DNA of 64,000 bases from the NCBI GenBank assembly GCA_964527425.1, contig CAZGOA010000006.1:13928-77927 (forward strand), written 5' to 3'. Both the position numbers and the translations under genes were made by a program. Shown here one piece after another: positions 48,275-58,071 of the stretch (position 1 is its first letter; each line of letters opens with the position of its first letter). The notes under the pieces were generated by a model. It was not told the origin of the DNA and ran no database searches. It was given only the letters and a program-made list of their open reading frames with translations. This stretch comes from an uncultured Gammaproteobacteria bacterium (lineage in GTDB: Bacteria > Patescibacteriota > Microgenomatia > UBA10105 > UBA927).

Positions 48275-49063
48275 ATGAAGACAATTATTTTATGCGGTGG
48301 ATTAGGATATAGATTAAAAGAAGAAACAGAATTTAAACCTAAACCTATGGTTTCTATTGGGAATAAACCGATGTTGTGGCATATTATGAAAATATATGCT
48401 GCGTATGGATTTAATGAGTTTATTATCGCATTAGGTTATAAAGGAGATTGTATAAAGGATTATTTTCTTCAACAGAAATATTTTCTTCATGATTTTACAC
48501 TCAAAACTAAAAGCGGAGTTACAAAAATATATAAAGGGAATGGAAACGCTGCTCGTGTTGATAATTTTTCTATTACGTTTGTAGATACAGGACTCGAGAC
48601 GCTGCCTGGAGAACGTATTCTTCGATGTAGAGAATTTATCCCAAATACAGATGAGCAATTTATGGTTACGTATGGAGATGGAGTATCGACTATTAATATT
48701 AAGAATTTAATTGCATTTCATAATAAGCAAGGTACGATAGGAACAATAACCGGTGTACATCCAAGAACAAAATTTGGAATGGTGAAGGTGAATACTCATG
48801 GTTTAGTAACGAACTTTATTGAAAAACCAGTGTTAAAAAATGATTGGGTAAATGGTGGATTTATGGTTTTTAAAAAAGAGTTTTTTGAGTACTTACGAGT
48901 TGGGGAAATGGAACATGAGGCAATAAAGCGATTAATTGCAAAAAAACAATTATCGTTATTTATTCATGAAGAATTTTGGCATGCTATGGACACCTATGTT
49001 GATGTGGAAAATTTAAATTCCTTATGGTATGCAAACCCACCATGGAAAGTGTGGAGTGACTAA
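48275..49063 (+). CDS. rfbF: Glucose-1-phosphate cytidylyltransferase
   Basis: LCGG.G.RL.EET..KPKPMV.IG, VDTG, TYGDG, NGGF, FW..MDT. Confidence 0.92.
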   Translation: MKTIILCGGLGYRLKEETEFKPKPMVSIGNKPMLWHIMKIYAAYGFNEFIIALGYKGDCIKDYFLQQKYFLHDFTLKTKSGVTKIYKGNGNAARVDNFSITFVDTGLETLPGERILRCREFIPNTDEQFMVTYGDGVSTINIKNLIAFHNKQGTIGTITGVHPRTKFGMVKVNTHGLVTNFIEKPVLKNDWVNGGFMVFKKEFFEYLRVGEMEHEAIKRLIAKKQLSLFIHEEFWHAMDTYVDVENLNSLWYANPPWKVWSD

Positions 49064-49064
49064 T

Positions 49065-50054
49065 ATGAAATCTTATAAACAATCATTTCCATATAAGTCG
49101 GTATTAGTCACTGGAGGAACAGGGTTTGTTGGTAGCCATCTTGTTGAAACCTTAATCGACAAACACATTCAAGTCATTGTTCCATATCGCAGTATTGATT
49201 ATGCTTCATATTTTTATAAAAAAGGATTGGAGAAAAAAGTAACTTTGGTGCCTTGCGATATAAAATCGAGAGAGCAAGTGCTGGATGTAGTTGGTAAGTA
49301 TGAAGTTTCTTTTATTTATCATCTTGCAGCTCAACCAATTGTTACGACTGCATTTTATAATCCTGTAGAAACATTACTTACAAATATTATGGGGACGGTC
49401 TATTTATTGGAAGCAGTCAAAGCACTATCACACGTTAAAGGTATTATTGTCGCTTCTTCTGATAAAGCATATGGAATGACAAAAAAAGAATATACAGAAG
49501 ATTCTCCATTGAGAGGGTTACATCCGTATGATGTTTCAAAATCTTCCTGTGATTTAATTGCACAAACATATGCAACTACGTATGATTTACCAGTAATAGT
49601 AACTAGATTTGGCAATATTTATGGTGAAGGTGACCGAAATATGAACAGAGTGATACCTGGTATTATTCAATCTATGTTGCGAAAAGAAGAGTTTATCATC
49701 AGAAGTGATGGAACATACGTACGGGAATATTTATATGTAAAAGACGTGGTGAATGGGTATATTGCTTTAGCAGAAAAATTTAAAGACGTAGTAGGCGAAG
49801 CGTTCAATTTTGGTACTTCTTACAGACGTTCTGTTATAGAGTTAGTTCATGATGTTGAAAAAATACTTAATGTAAAAGTGCCCTTTAAAATTGCCAATAC
49901 TGCAAAGAAAGAAATTCCATTTCAAGCGCTTAATTGGGATAAAGCAAAAAGCAAGCTTTTATGGAAACCAACTCATACGCTCTCTCAGGTTTTGCCGGCA
50001 ATAGTTGAATGGTACTCACATTACAATTCGTATGAGAATTTTGTTACTAGCTAA
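49065..50054 (+). CDS. Extended SDR NDP-sugar dehydratase (CDP-glucose 4,6-dehydratase RfbG-like)
   Basis: TGGTGFVG, HLAAQ, SSDKAYG, PYDVSK; directly after rfbF. Confidence 0.8.
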   Translation: MKSYKQSFPYKSVLVTGGTGFVGSHLVETLIDKHIQVIVPYRSIDYASYFYKKGLEKKVTLVPCDIKSREQVLDVVGKYEVSFIYHLAAQPIVTTAFYNPVETLLTNIMGTVYLLEAVKALSHVKGIIVASSDKAYGMTKKEYTEDSPLRGLHPYDVSKSSCDLIAQTYATTYDLPVIVTRFGNIYGEGDRNMNRVIPGIIQSMLRKEEFIIRSDGTYVREYLYVKDVVNGYIALAEKFKDVVGEAFNFGTSYRRSVIELVHDVEKILNVKVPFKIANTAKKEIPFQALNWDKAKSKLLWKPTHTLSQVLPAIVEWYSHYNSYENFVTS

Positions 50055-51471
50055 TAATTGGGTGGGGTGGGAGATAACAAAATTTCTTTCATCAGACACA
50101 GATGTTGATATTGTTGGACTTGGAATTCACGCACCTTCTAAACAAAAATATACCAAGTATATTCTTCAATCAGTTAATTTACCAAAGTCGAAAATTTTAT
50201 TAGGATCTACATTTAAACAATCAACAACCATTGAACGTATCAGACGATTAAAACCAGATCTAATAATCAGCGCATTTTGGGGGTATATCTTAACAAAAGA
50301 TATTATTGCTATTCCGACCAAAGGAAGTATCAACTTTCATCCAGGATATCTACCAACCAATCGAGGAATGAACCCTAATGTATGGCCGTTTATTGATAAC
50401 ACTCCCGCAGGAGTAACTATTCATTATGTTGATGAAGGTATTGATACAGGAGACATTATTGCTAGACGGAAAGTTCCTATTACTCCTTACGATACAGCAG
50501 AATCAATATATGAAAAAACAATGGCGGATATTGTTGAATTGTTTAAAGAAATATGGCCGAACATAAAAAAAGGCACTGCTCCTCGTATAAATCAGAAAAC
50601 ATTACCAGAAATATCAACGCATCATTATGCTCAAGATATTGAGTCTATTAATACTATAGATGTAGATAAAACGTATACTGGTCAACAACTTATCAATTTA
50701 CTTAAAGCAAGAAGTTATCAGGACAAGTTATTTTTATCCTATACGGATAAAGGTGATCAAGTATACCTTAGTGTACAGTTATACTCTCCAAAAAAATTAC
50801 CGGTCAATACCAAATCTGAGTATCAAAAGTATGTAGAGTATGCGTTAAAGTCATATAAAGAACCATATAGACCGTTAATAATTTCAGTACAAAATAACTT
50901 AAAAATTAAGTTAAAGCCATTTACAAGAAAAGATATAGATGATGAACAACTCGTTCAGATACTAACTAGATGGAGAAAAAAAGCCCAACCATTTTTCCCA
51001 AGTACATTTCGTGTAACCAATGAGAGGACAAAAAAATGGCTCCAATCAGAACTAATAAATAAAAACGATAGAATACTCTTTCTAATTTACTTGCAAGATC
51101 GAAAAACTCCCTTAGGACATGTTGGACTGTATCGATTTGAATGGGATTCATATTCGTGTCAAATCGATAATGTCATAAAAGGTATCAACAGGAAAGAAAC
51201 TAAAGGTATTATGACAATGGCAATACATGAATTAGGTGAATGGGCATTGAATCATCTTGGTGTTCGTACTTTAACATTATATGTCTTTGAAGATAATGAA
51301 AAAGCAGTCAATTTATATACACGCTGCGGATTCATTATAAAAAAAAGAATTCCTCAGCGATTTGAAAAACTAAACAGTCAGGAATTTCACTGGGTCAATG
51401 ATGATCGAATTTCGATAATGAAACCTGAGAGAGTATTGTTGTATATGGTCAAATATCTTTCTAAGGGATAG
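50032..51471 (+). CDS. Sugar N-formyltransferase fused to a GNAT acetyltransferase
   Basis: NFHPGYLP.NRG and GVTIH..DEGIDTG; C-half with KGIM, L.V..DN.KA..LY...GF. Confidence 0.82.
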   Translation: MRILLLANNWVGWEITKFLSSDTDVDIVGLGIHAPSKQKYTKYILQSVNLPKSKILLGSTFKQSTTIERIRRLKPDLIISAFWGYILTKDIIAIPTKGSINFHPGYLPTNRGMNPNVWPFIDNTPAGVTIHYVDEGIDTGDIIARRKVPITPYDTAESIYEKTMADIVELFKEIWPNIKKGTAPRINQKTLPEISTHHYAQDIESINTIDVDKTYTGQQLINLLKARSYQDKLFLSYTDKGDQVYLSVQLYSPKKLPVNTKSEYQKYVEYALKSYKEPYRPLIISVQNNLKIKLKPFTRKDIDDEQLVQILTRWRKKAQPFFPSTFRVTNERTKKWLQSELINKNDRILFLIYLQDRKTPLGHVGLYRFEWDSYSCQIDNVIKGINRKETKGIMTMAIHELGEWALNHLGVRTLTLYVFEDNEKAVNLYTRCGFIIKKRIPQRFEKLNSQEFHWVNDDRISIMKPERVLLYMVKYLSKG

Positions 51472-53641
51472 TCGTTTCATACAAACTAAAATCATAATCT
51501 GATTTTACTAATTTGCTGTATGGTTGTAATTTGGACCATAGTGCAGGATATGCATGTTTTGTTTCCCAATACGGAGAATAAAATTCTTTTTCATTGATAA
51601 ATACATAAAACGTTGAACCTCTTGCTATCTGTAAAGCATCTTCAATTTGTTCTTCACTAACGATTAAACTGCGTATGAAGGTATACGGTAAAGCTGGTTT
51701 TAAATGCAAGGCTGCGATTAAATCAATACTATTATCAAACAACACTATCTTAGAATTTTTAGGAATACTTGATAAGAAAACATATTGTTCTGATTGTTTT
51801 ACATCCCATTGTTTTAATCTGGTATGCATAATTGCAAAAATTTCTGATGTTGTATGGATAGGATTTTTCCAATATTCAACAATTAATAAGCCATTTCTAA
51901 AGGTTGCCAGCAACAGAATAAATCCGAATATGTATGTTACAACTCTGGGTAATATATGCTTATCCTTATACTGGTTTTCAATTATGTGTACTACCATCGT
52001 CATAAGTAGAATAGTAGGAATTAAGATACTGTAGAGCAGAGGAGGGAGTGATCGGCCAAGATAATAAGGAAGCAACGATAACTGTGTAAATGATACATAT
52101 AGTAATCCAATACCAATTTTATGTTGTTTGCTCATTAAATGGAGTCCCAGTACAATACTGATGACAGAAACTATAAAGGGAATAAGCATCATACCCTGTT
52201 TATCTACAGGAACTAAATAAAACCCAGAACTAAATATTTTTATGAACTCATAATACAGAGAAAAATCAGGGAACGTTTGTTTGGTTATGAGAGTAAGAAG
52301 TACAATACTAAATATTGAACCAACTAATGATGTAAGTGTAACTACACTTACTAATCGGAATAATGCAGTTTTTTTACTACTAAAAAATATTGCATAGATA
52401 CATATGCTTGCCAGTCCTGATACTGCTATACCAATACCGATTTCGAATGAAAAAAAGAACATAAGGACACTAGCAATAATAAATAAAATGAGAGGTAACT
52501 TTTTAGAATTGTGTATATAAGAAGCAAGAAAATAGAAAGGAAAAATCATAGGACCTAAACGCAGAGGAGTAAAAGCTGGTGCACCAATCAGTGACCATTG
52601 ATCTTCAAAATAAAAAGACCTATTTATTAGCGTATAGTAAACAGCTGTAAAAGTTCCAAGTGCAGAGAGAATATTGTTTTTTGTGATTTTTTTTAAAGTA
52701 ATGTAAAAAAATACATAATATACAAATAAAAATAATAAGGTAACCATTGATGTAAATTCTCTTGAAAGTGGGAGAAAAGGGAATGCTTTTATCCATATCA
52801 GCCAAGGCAATAAATAGATGATTCCGTATTGGCTAATAACATCTACAAATGGTGTGGCACCGGTAATAATATGATATGCAGGCAGAGTCGTAAAAAATAA
52901 ATCACCATAATATCTATCCAGAGTAAGAAATGGTAATAATACTAATACAAGAATGATTATTGTTGCGAATGTGATTATAGGATTAATAAATTTTATTGAA
53001 CGTATGTACTCGAATACCTGTTTTATAGCAGGTTTTATTCCCAACAAAAGGGGTAATACTATAAAAAGATAACTATACTGCATTATGATCTTATCAGGTA
53101 AAATTATGGCTGAAGAATCAATCGTTGGTGGAGAAAAGAGATACACCCCCGCATCTAATTCCAGGAAACCTGGAATAAAATATTTGGCAACCGAAGCGAT
53201 GAATAATAGCTGGGTAGTTTGAGCACTAAATGGTTTTTGTAAGATAAATAATTGAAACACAAGCACTATCATAAACAGGAGATAAAAGCGCATATCAGTT
53301 GCCAGTTGCAGTGGAAAAGGATAATCACCTACAACAAGTAATCCAATAAAGGTGCTCGGGAGAATATACATTGATATTTTTTCTAGAAGAACTCTATTTT
53401 CTGAAGTTGTGAACAAGTAAAGCAGTAATTGAGAAACAAGAATAAATAACGCGACAAGAATAATAAAACAAATATAAAAAAGTACATCTTTTTCTGGTGC
53501 AAAATGTCCGTCTATTAATAACGCGTAGGCTGGTTCTGTAGGAAGGGGAATACGAGAAATAATCAGTGGAGTTAGTATTGAAGAAAAGAAAGACGAAAGA
53601 ACAAACTGCAACGATAAAATAGGTAGAGCAAATAAATTCAT
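51461..53641 (-). CDS. GT-C-like membrane protein with extra N-terminal TMs
   Basis: GD.FF...P...I..G.TPFVD...QYG loop, many TMs. Confidence 0.62.
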   Translation of the reverse strand: MNLFALPILSLQFVLSSFFSSILTPLIISRIPLPTEPAYALLIDGHFAPEKDVLFYICFIILVALFILVSQLLLYLFTTSENRVLLEKISMYILPSTFIGLLVVGDYPFPLQLATDMRFYLLFMIVLVFQLFILQKPFSAQTTQLLFIASVAKYFIPGFLELDAGVYLFSPPTIDSSAIILPDKIIMQYSYLFIVLPLLLGIKPAIKQVFEYIRSIKFINPIITFATIIILVLVLLPFLTLDRYYGDLFFTTLPAYHIITGATPFVDVISQYGIIYLLPWLIWIKAFPFLPLSREFTSMVTLLFLFVYYVFFYITLKKITKNNILSALGTFTAVYYTLINRSFYFEDQWSLIGAPAFTPLRLGPMIFPFYFLASYIHNSKKLPLILFIIASVLMFFFSFEIGIGIAVSGLASICIYAIFFSSKKTALFRLVSVVTLTSLVGSIFSIVLLTLITKQTFPDFSLYYEFIKIFSSGFYLVPVDKQGMMLIPFIVSVISIVLGLHLMSKQHKIGIGLLYVSFTQLSLLPYYLGRSLPPLLYSILIPTILLMTMVVHIIENQYKDKHILPRVVTYIFGFILLLATFRNGLLIVEYWKNPIHTTSEIFAIMHTRLKQWDVKQSEQYVFLSSIPKNSKIVLFDNSIDLIAALHLKPALPYTFIRSLIVSEEQIEDALQIARGSTFYVFINEKEFYSPYWETKHAYPALWSKLQPYSKLVKSDYDFSLYETTIP

Positions 53642-53729
53642 GTAGATGGAATAGTAGGGTGTTACCTATGTTTGTATAGGTACTATAATAGTATACTTAA
53701 CAATACTATCAATTATCGTATCACTAATA

Positions 53730-55334
53730 ATGAGTAAAGTATCTTCATATTTCATCATCTCGTTTTTTAGTATTTGTTTAATAATAATTGGGTTATTTTT
53801 ACGATTATATAAATTGGATTCTGTTCCGTATGGATTAACGAATGATAATGTCGGAGGATATTATGCAAGCAGTATATTAATGAATACAGGTAAGAATTTT
53901 GAAGGAGTCTTTTTACCCCGTTCATTTCAGTTGGATAATTCTTTTTCTGCAGGGTTTGTTTATTTTTATGCACCGTTTACCATGCTTTTGCCAAAATCTC
54001 CATTTGCGGTGCGTTTTCCAGCTGTGTTAGCTAGTCTGATCGCTATATGGTTGTTATATAAGGTTGCCTATAATTTATTTAATAATCGAAATATTGCGTT
54101 GCTAAGTGCTGTAGTGTTAAGTGTATCTCCCTGGCATATTCATATGAATAGGGGAGCGTATGATGGGCCTATTTCTCTTTTTGTAATTTTATTTCTCTAT
54201 GCTCTTTTGTTATTTATACGATATAAGAACATATTACCGATGATTATTGCATTTCCTTTAGCTTACTATGTTTATCATCCAATAAAAATTTTCTTATTAG
54301 CGTTTATTCCTTTTATTAGTATTAATTATCTTCAATTTTTATTCTCACAAAAAAGAAAAGTCTTTTTATTTGGAATTGTATTCTTTGTAACAGTTATTTC
54401 TTTTTTTGTTGTCATTAAACAGGAGGGGGTTAATAGACAAGAAGTATTATTATGGAGTAATCAATCAAATGCTTCATCATTTGTAAATTGGGAACGAACG
54501 GTTAATCTTGCGCCTCAATTTATGCGTGTTTTATTTAGTAACAAAGTAACATACTACGGCTTTGAAATTGCGAGTAGATACATGGATGCCTTTTCTTTTA
54601 ATCGATTATTTATATCTGGTGAGGGTGGAATCTACGGTACGTACAGACATGGATTTTTTTACTTCATAGAATTAGGATTTTTTATTGTGGGTTTATATTA
54701 TCTTGTTACAAAACGCACTTATAAGGAAAGCATTATTGTCCTGGGTGGTTTATTTATTGCTCCTCTACCTACTGCATTTTCAAGTGATTTTTCGATGGGT
54801 TTGAGAAGTATAAGTATGCTGCCATTTATGAGCATTATTATTGGCTGCGGCATGTTTTATCTTACTGAATATATTGGTACCTTTCGAAGATTTTCTGTCC
54901 CCATAACAACATTAATTTTTTTAGGATATATGTTTTCTGTAATTGCCTTTGGGTATTTATATTTTTATAGATACTCCGTGTATGGAGCCGAATATTATTT
55001 TTCAAGCAACAGAGAGGTTATTGAGTATGTTACTACAAAAAAAGACAGCTACGATTCTATTCATTTTGTAAATACGGGTCCTATGTTTTTATTTCAATAT
55101 GCTTTTTTTAGTGATACAACTATGGATGAAGTACTAGTAGCATGGAAATCAGAGTGGCCAAAATCTCTTGGGAAAATAAAGTTTATTAATGATTGTGATA
55201 CATCAAAACTTTCTCTACAACCTAAAGAAATGTATATCGCACCAACGTCTTGTTTTAAAGAGACTACTCCATCAGCCACTATTGTTGACAAGGCTGAACC
55301 GTTGCGGGTTATCTGGAATATATTTGAGCGTTAA
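53730..55334 (+). CDS. GT-C (PMT_2/ArnT-like) glycosyltransferase
   Basis: LRLY.L...P.GL.ND, VRFP, SPWHI...R. Confidence 0.78.
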   Translation: MSKVSSYFIISFFSICLIIIGLFLRLYKLDSVPYGLTNDNVGGYYASSILMNTGKNFEGVFLPRSFQLDNSFSAGFVYFYAPFTMLLPKSPFAVRFPAVLASLIAIWLLYKVAYNLFNNRNIALLSAVVLSVSPWHIHMNRGAYDGPISLFVILFLYALLLFIRYKNILPMIIAFPLAYYVYHPIKIFLLAFIPFISINYLQFLFSQKRKVFLFGIVFFVTVISFFVVIKQEGVNRQEVLLWSNQSNASSFVNWERTVNLAPQFMRVLFSNKVTYYGFEIASRYMDAFSFNRLFISGEGGIYGTYRHGFFYFIELGFFIVGLYYLVTKRTYKESIIVLGGLFIAPLPTAFSSDFSMGLRSISMLPFMSIIIGCGMFYLTEYIGTFRRFSVPITTLIFLGYMFSVIAFGYLYFYRYSVYGAEYYFSSNREVIEYVTTKKDSYDSIHFVNTGPMFLFQYAFFSDTTMDEVLVAWKSEWPKSLGKIKFINDCDTSKLSLQPKEMYIAPTSCFKETTPSATIVDKAEPLRVIWNIFER

Positions 55335-55337
55335 CAT

Positions 55338-56939
55338 ATGATACATTCTTTTTTTCCTAAGATTACTAGTACGTTTTTGATCATGGTTGTAGTTGTTTGT
55401 ACTATTCTCTTCTCAAATATTATTCCAATATTATCTATTCAGCAAAAACTTCCTGGTGCAGTAGCTTATGGTTTTTTTAAGTCCCATCCTGAAGATTATT
55501 TTCAATATGTTTCAATGATTCGACAAGGCAAGGAGCATAATTCATTATTATTTACTAATCAGTATGATTCAACACAGTTGCGAACGTATTTTATTCAGCC
55601 TTTCTATAATATCGTCGGTGTTGTTACACAATTTCTCCCTTTTGATCAGTTTCAAATTTTTTTTTTAATAAGAATGATATCAGCGTTGTTGTTTTATCTG
55701 GTTTTTTTAGAATTAGTATTTAAAGTATTGTCCCAAAACCGACAACGATTATTTGCTATTCTTTTATTCAGTACTATTACTGCATTTAGTGTTGCTTCTG
55801 TGTGTGAGGGTATAGCTTGCAGAATGGATCCTCAAACATATGCAGGTGCTTATTTTAATGCTTGGTTACGACTGTTAATTTTACCTCCACATCATTACCT
55901 GGCATTGTTGTTGGTTATGAAATTCTTAATACGTATACCTAATCTAAACATATCTTACAGATCTTTATTAATTACTATACTTATGTCTGTTGTTTTAGGA
56001 TTATTACATCCATATATTGCTTCAAGTTTTTTTAGTATATTTTTCATCACTGTTTTTGTGAAAAGTATAGCTAAACGGGCATTTTTAAAAGAACTCACAG
56101 TACATTTATTCATCCTGGGATTTATTGTTGCTTTACTGGCTGTTTATACAAAAATTCAAACAAGATATGAGTTGGGAAGTGTATTTAGATATGTTCAATA
56201 TGAGTATGTTATTGAGTATATAAAAGCGCTTGGAACAGGAAGTTTGCTGTTGGTGTTATCAATGTTTTTTATACGAAAGATAGTAAAACTACCGCATGGT
56301 ATTCCCATGGTAGTATGGGCAATATTTCCTGGTTTAGCCATACTTACTCCTATAATACGAACACTATTAGGAGAATATAGAATTTTTCAGATAATGCAGC
56401 ATATACCAATAAGTATATTAGGAGGATTTGTTTTAGATTACATAATAAAAAAATTCAAGATCATAGGAATCATTACAACAACGGGTCTTTTTTTAGTAAT
56501 ACTGTATATACTCGCCCCTGTGTATCTTATTCATTGGAAGTATATGACAAATCCAGGTAGTGTCGAATTTTTTCAATATAAAATATTTTCAATTGTGAAG
56601 TCCATGGTCCCTTCATTAAACATGACTGGACCAGCATACAAAGTAGTACTCAGTGGAGATATGGTATCGGCTATGTTACCAGCATTAGGACCTTACAGAG
56701 TTGTAAATGCAAGAATAGGGAATACCCCTGATTTGGAGCAGAGCTTAGTGGACGTGCAACAGTTTTATTATGGTCTGCCTGAACAACAATTAATACGATT
56801 TTTTAATACATATCATCCATCAAGTGCTTTATTTGGGATTGATACAGTAACGTTTTCGACTAGTCAGTATACTCATTCACCATATTTTACAGAAACAGCA
56901 CGTATGGGAGAAATATCACTTGTAGAAATTAACCGTTAA
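55338..56939 (+). CDS. GT-C-like membrane protein (paralog family A)
   Basis: DYFQYVSMIRQGKE, PPHH, MLPA. Confidence 0.68.
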   Translation: MIHSFFPKITSTFLIMVVVVCTILFSNIIPILSIQQKLPGAVAYGFFKSHPEDYFQYVSMIRQGKEHNSLLFTNQYDSTQLRTYFIQPFYNIVGVVTQFLPFDQFQIFFLIRMISALLFYLVFLELVFKVLSQNRQRLFAILLFSTITAFSVASVCEGIACRMDPQTYAGAYFNAWLRLLILPPHHYLALLLVMKFLIRIPNLNISYRSLLITILMSVVLGLLHPYIASSFFSIFFITVFVKSIAKRAFLKELTVHLFILGFIVALLAVYTKIQTRYELGSVFRYVQYEYVIEYIKALGTGSLLLVLSMFFIRKIVKLPHGIPMVVWAIFPGLAILTPIIRTLLGEYRIFQIMQHIPISILGGFVLDYIIKKFKIIGIITTTGLFLVILYILAPVYLIHWKYMTNPGSVEFFQYKIFSIVKSMVPSLNMTGPAYKVVLSGDMVSAMLPALGPYRVVNARIGNTPDLEQSLVDVQQFYYGLPEQQLIRFFNTYHPSSALFGIDTVTFSTSQYTHSPYFTETARMGEISLVEINR

Positions 56940-57016
56940 TATTTCTTATGCATCGGATGTAAACGTTTTGTAATGGATTTATTGGAATGTATTCTTTTGA
57001 GCGGGAAGGTTGAAAA

Positions 57017-57547
57017 TTATTTTGTTTTGGGAAAAAGAATGAAAATTGATAATTGAATGAGTCTTCTGATTTTAAACATGAATGGTATTGTATTAAGGAT
57101 GTAGTCGTTTTTATCCTTTAAAAGAGCATGTTGAGTTTCCAATCTGTTGAGCCGCCGATTAATGATGACTTCTTTGTTATAGAGTTTCTGAAGATTATGT
57201 ACAGTTATTCCTTTTTTATGTTGAGCTATTAATGATAATAATTTAATCGTAATAGATGATTCAGTATAGCTATAGAACGTAAGTAAATAAAACGCTAATA
57301 CGATTAAGTTAATACATAATGAAACACTTGCATAAAACAGTATATTTATCAACGGATATTGAAGTACAACTAAGGTTAATCCAATTAGTAGACAATTCAA
57401 TATTGCGATGAGTATCGCACAAAGTACCAACCAATAATATGATGTCAGTTTATTCGTATATTTCAAAATGAATCGTTGTAAACACAGAAATAAAACACAT
57501 GATACTAAAGTAGTGCTGATTAGAATGATATCCATGTTATCCACCAA
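57017..57547 (-). CDS. 3-TM membrane protein with C-terminal winged-helix-like domain
   Basis: Three hydrophobic segments, then SS...LL..I...GIT...L...RRL.RL. Confidence 0.6.
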   Translation of the reverse strand: MVDNMDIILISTTLVSCVLFLCLQRFILKYTNKLTSYYWLVLCAILIAILNCLLIGLTLVVLQYPLINILFYASVSLCINLIVLAFYLLTFYSYTESSITIKLLSLIAQHKKGITVHNLQKLYNKEVIINRRLNRLETQHALLKDKNDYILNTIPFMFKIRRLIQLSIFILFPKTK

Positions 57548-58046
57548 TAGATAATCCTAAACTTTTACTTATAGAGTAAAAAATGTCCCATATTGTATTA
57601 CCACGCTTGCTAAGTCTATACGTATTGACGTTGGATTTTATTATTATGTTTTTTGACTCCAGACTATCAAGTCGTTTAGTTATTAATAAATCATTAGAAA
57701 AGAGGGAGAAAATATCTTTTTTCGAGAGTATTTTTTTATGTAAAAATGCATCAAAAAGTGTATCAATAGGAGTTTGTCCTTCCTGAAATTGAAAAAAAGA
57801 ATACAGAGTAACAATACTAGATAGTAGTATAAAAAGCATTAAAGAGGTTACAGGAAGCGGAGAGGTATCTGTATGTATTAGTTGATAGTTCGTTGCGTAG
57901 AGAACAACTAATAGTAAAAATGAGACAATAGTAACGAATATACTAACCACAAACGGTTTTACTTGTTTAGAGCATACGCGATAAATAACACTTTGGAGAA
58001 TAAGCGAATTAATAAACATGAGCATGAATAACAGAACTTCATTCAT
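57537..58046 (-). CDS. 3-TM membrane protein with C-terminal winged-helix-like domain (paralog of the previous gene)
   Basis: Three TMs, then KRL.SL....II.....YRLSKRG. Confidence 0.6.
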   Translation of the reverse strand: MNEVLLFMLMFINSLILQSVIYRVCSKQVKPFVVSIFVTIVSFLLLVVLYATNYQLIHTDTSPLPVTSLMLFILLSSIVTLYSFFQFQEGQTPIDTLFDAFLHKKILSKKDIFSLFSNDLLITKRLDSLESKNIIIKSNVNTYRLSKRGNTIWDIFYSISKSLGLSIGG

Positions 58047-58071
58047 ACGAATTACGCGCAGGATACATTGA

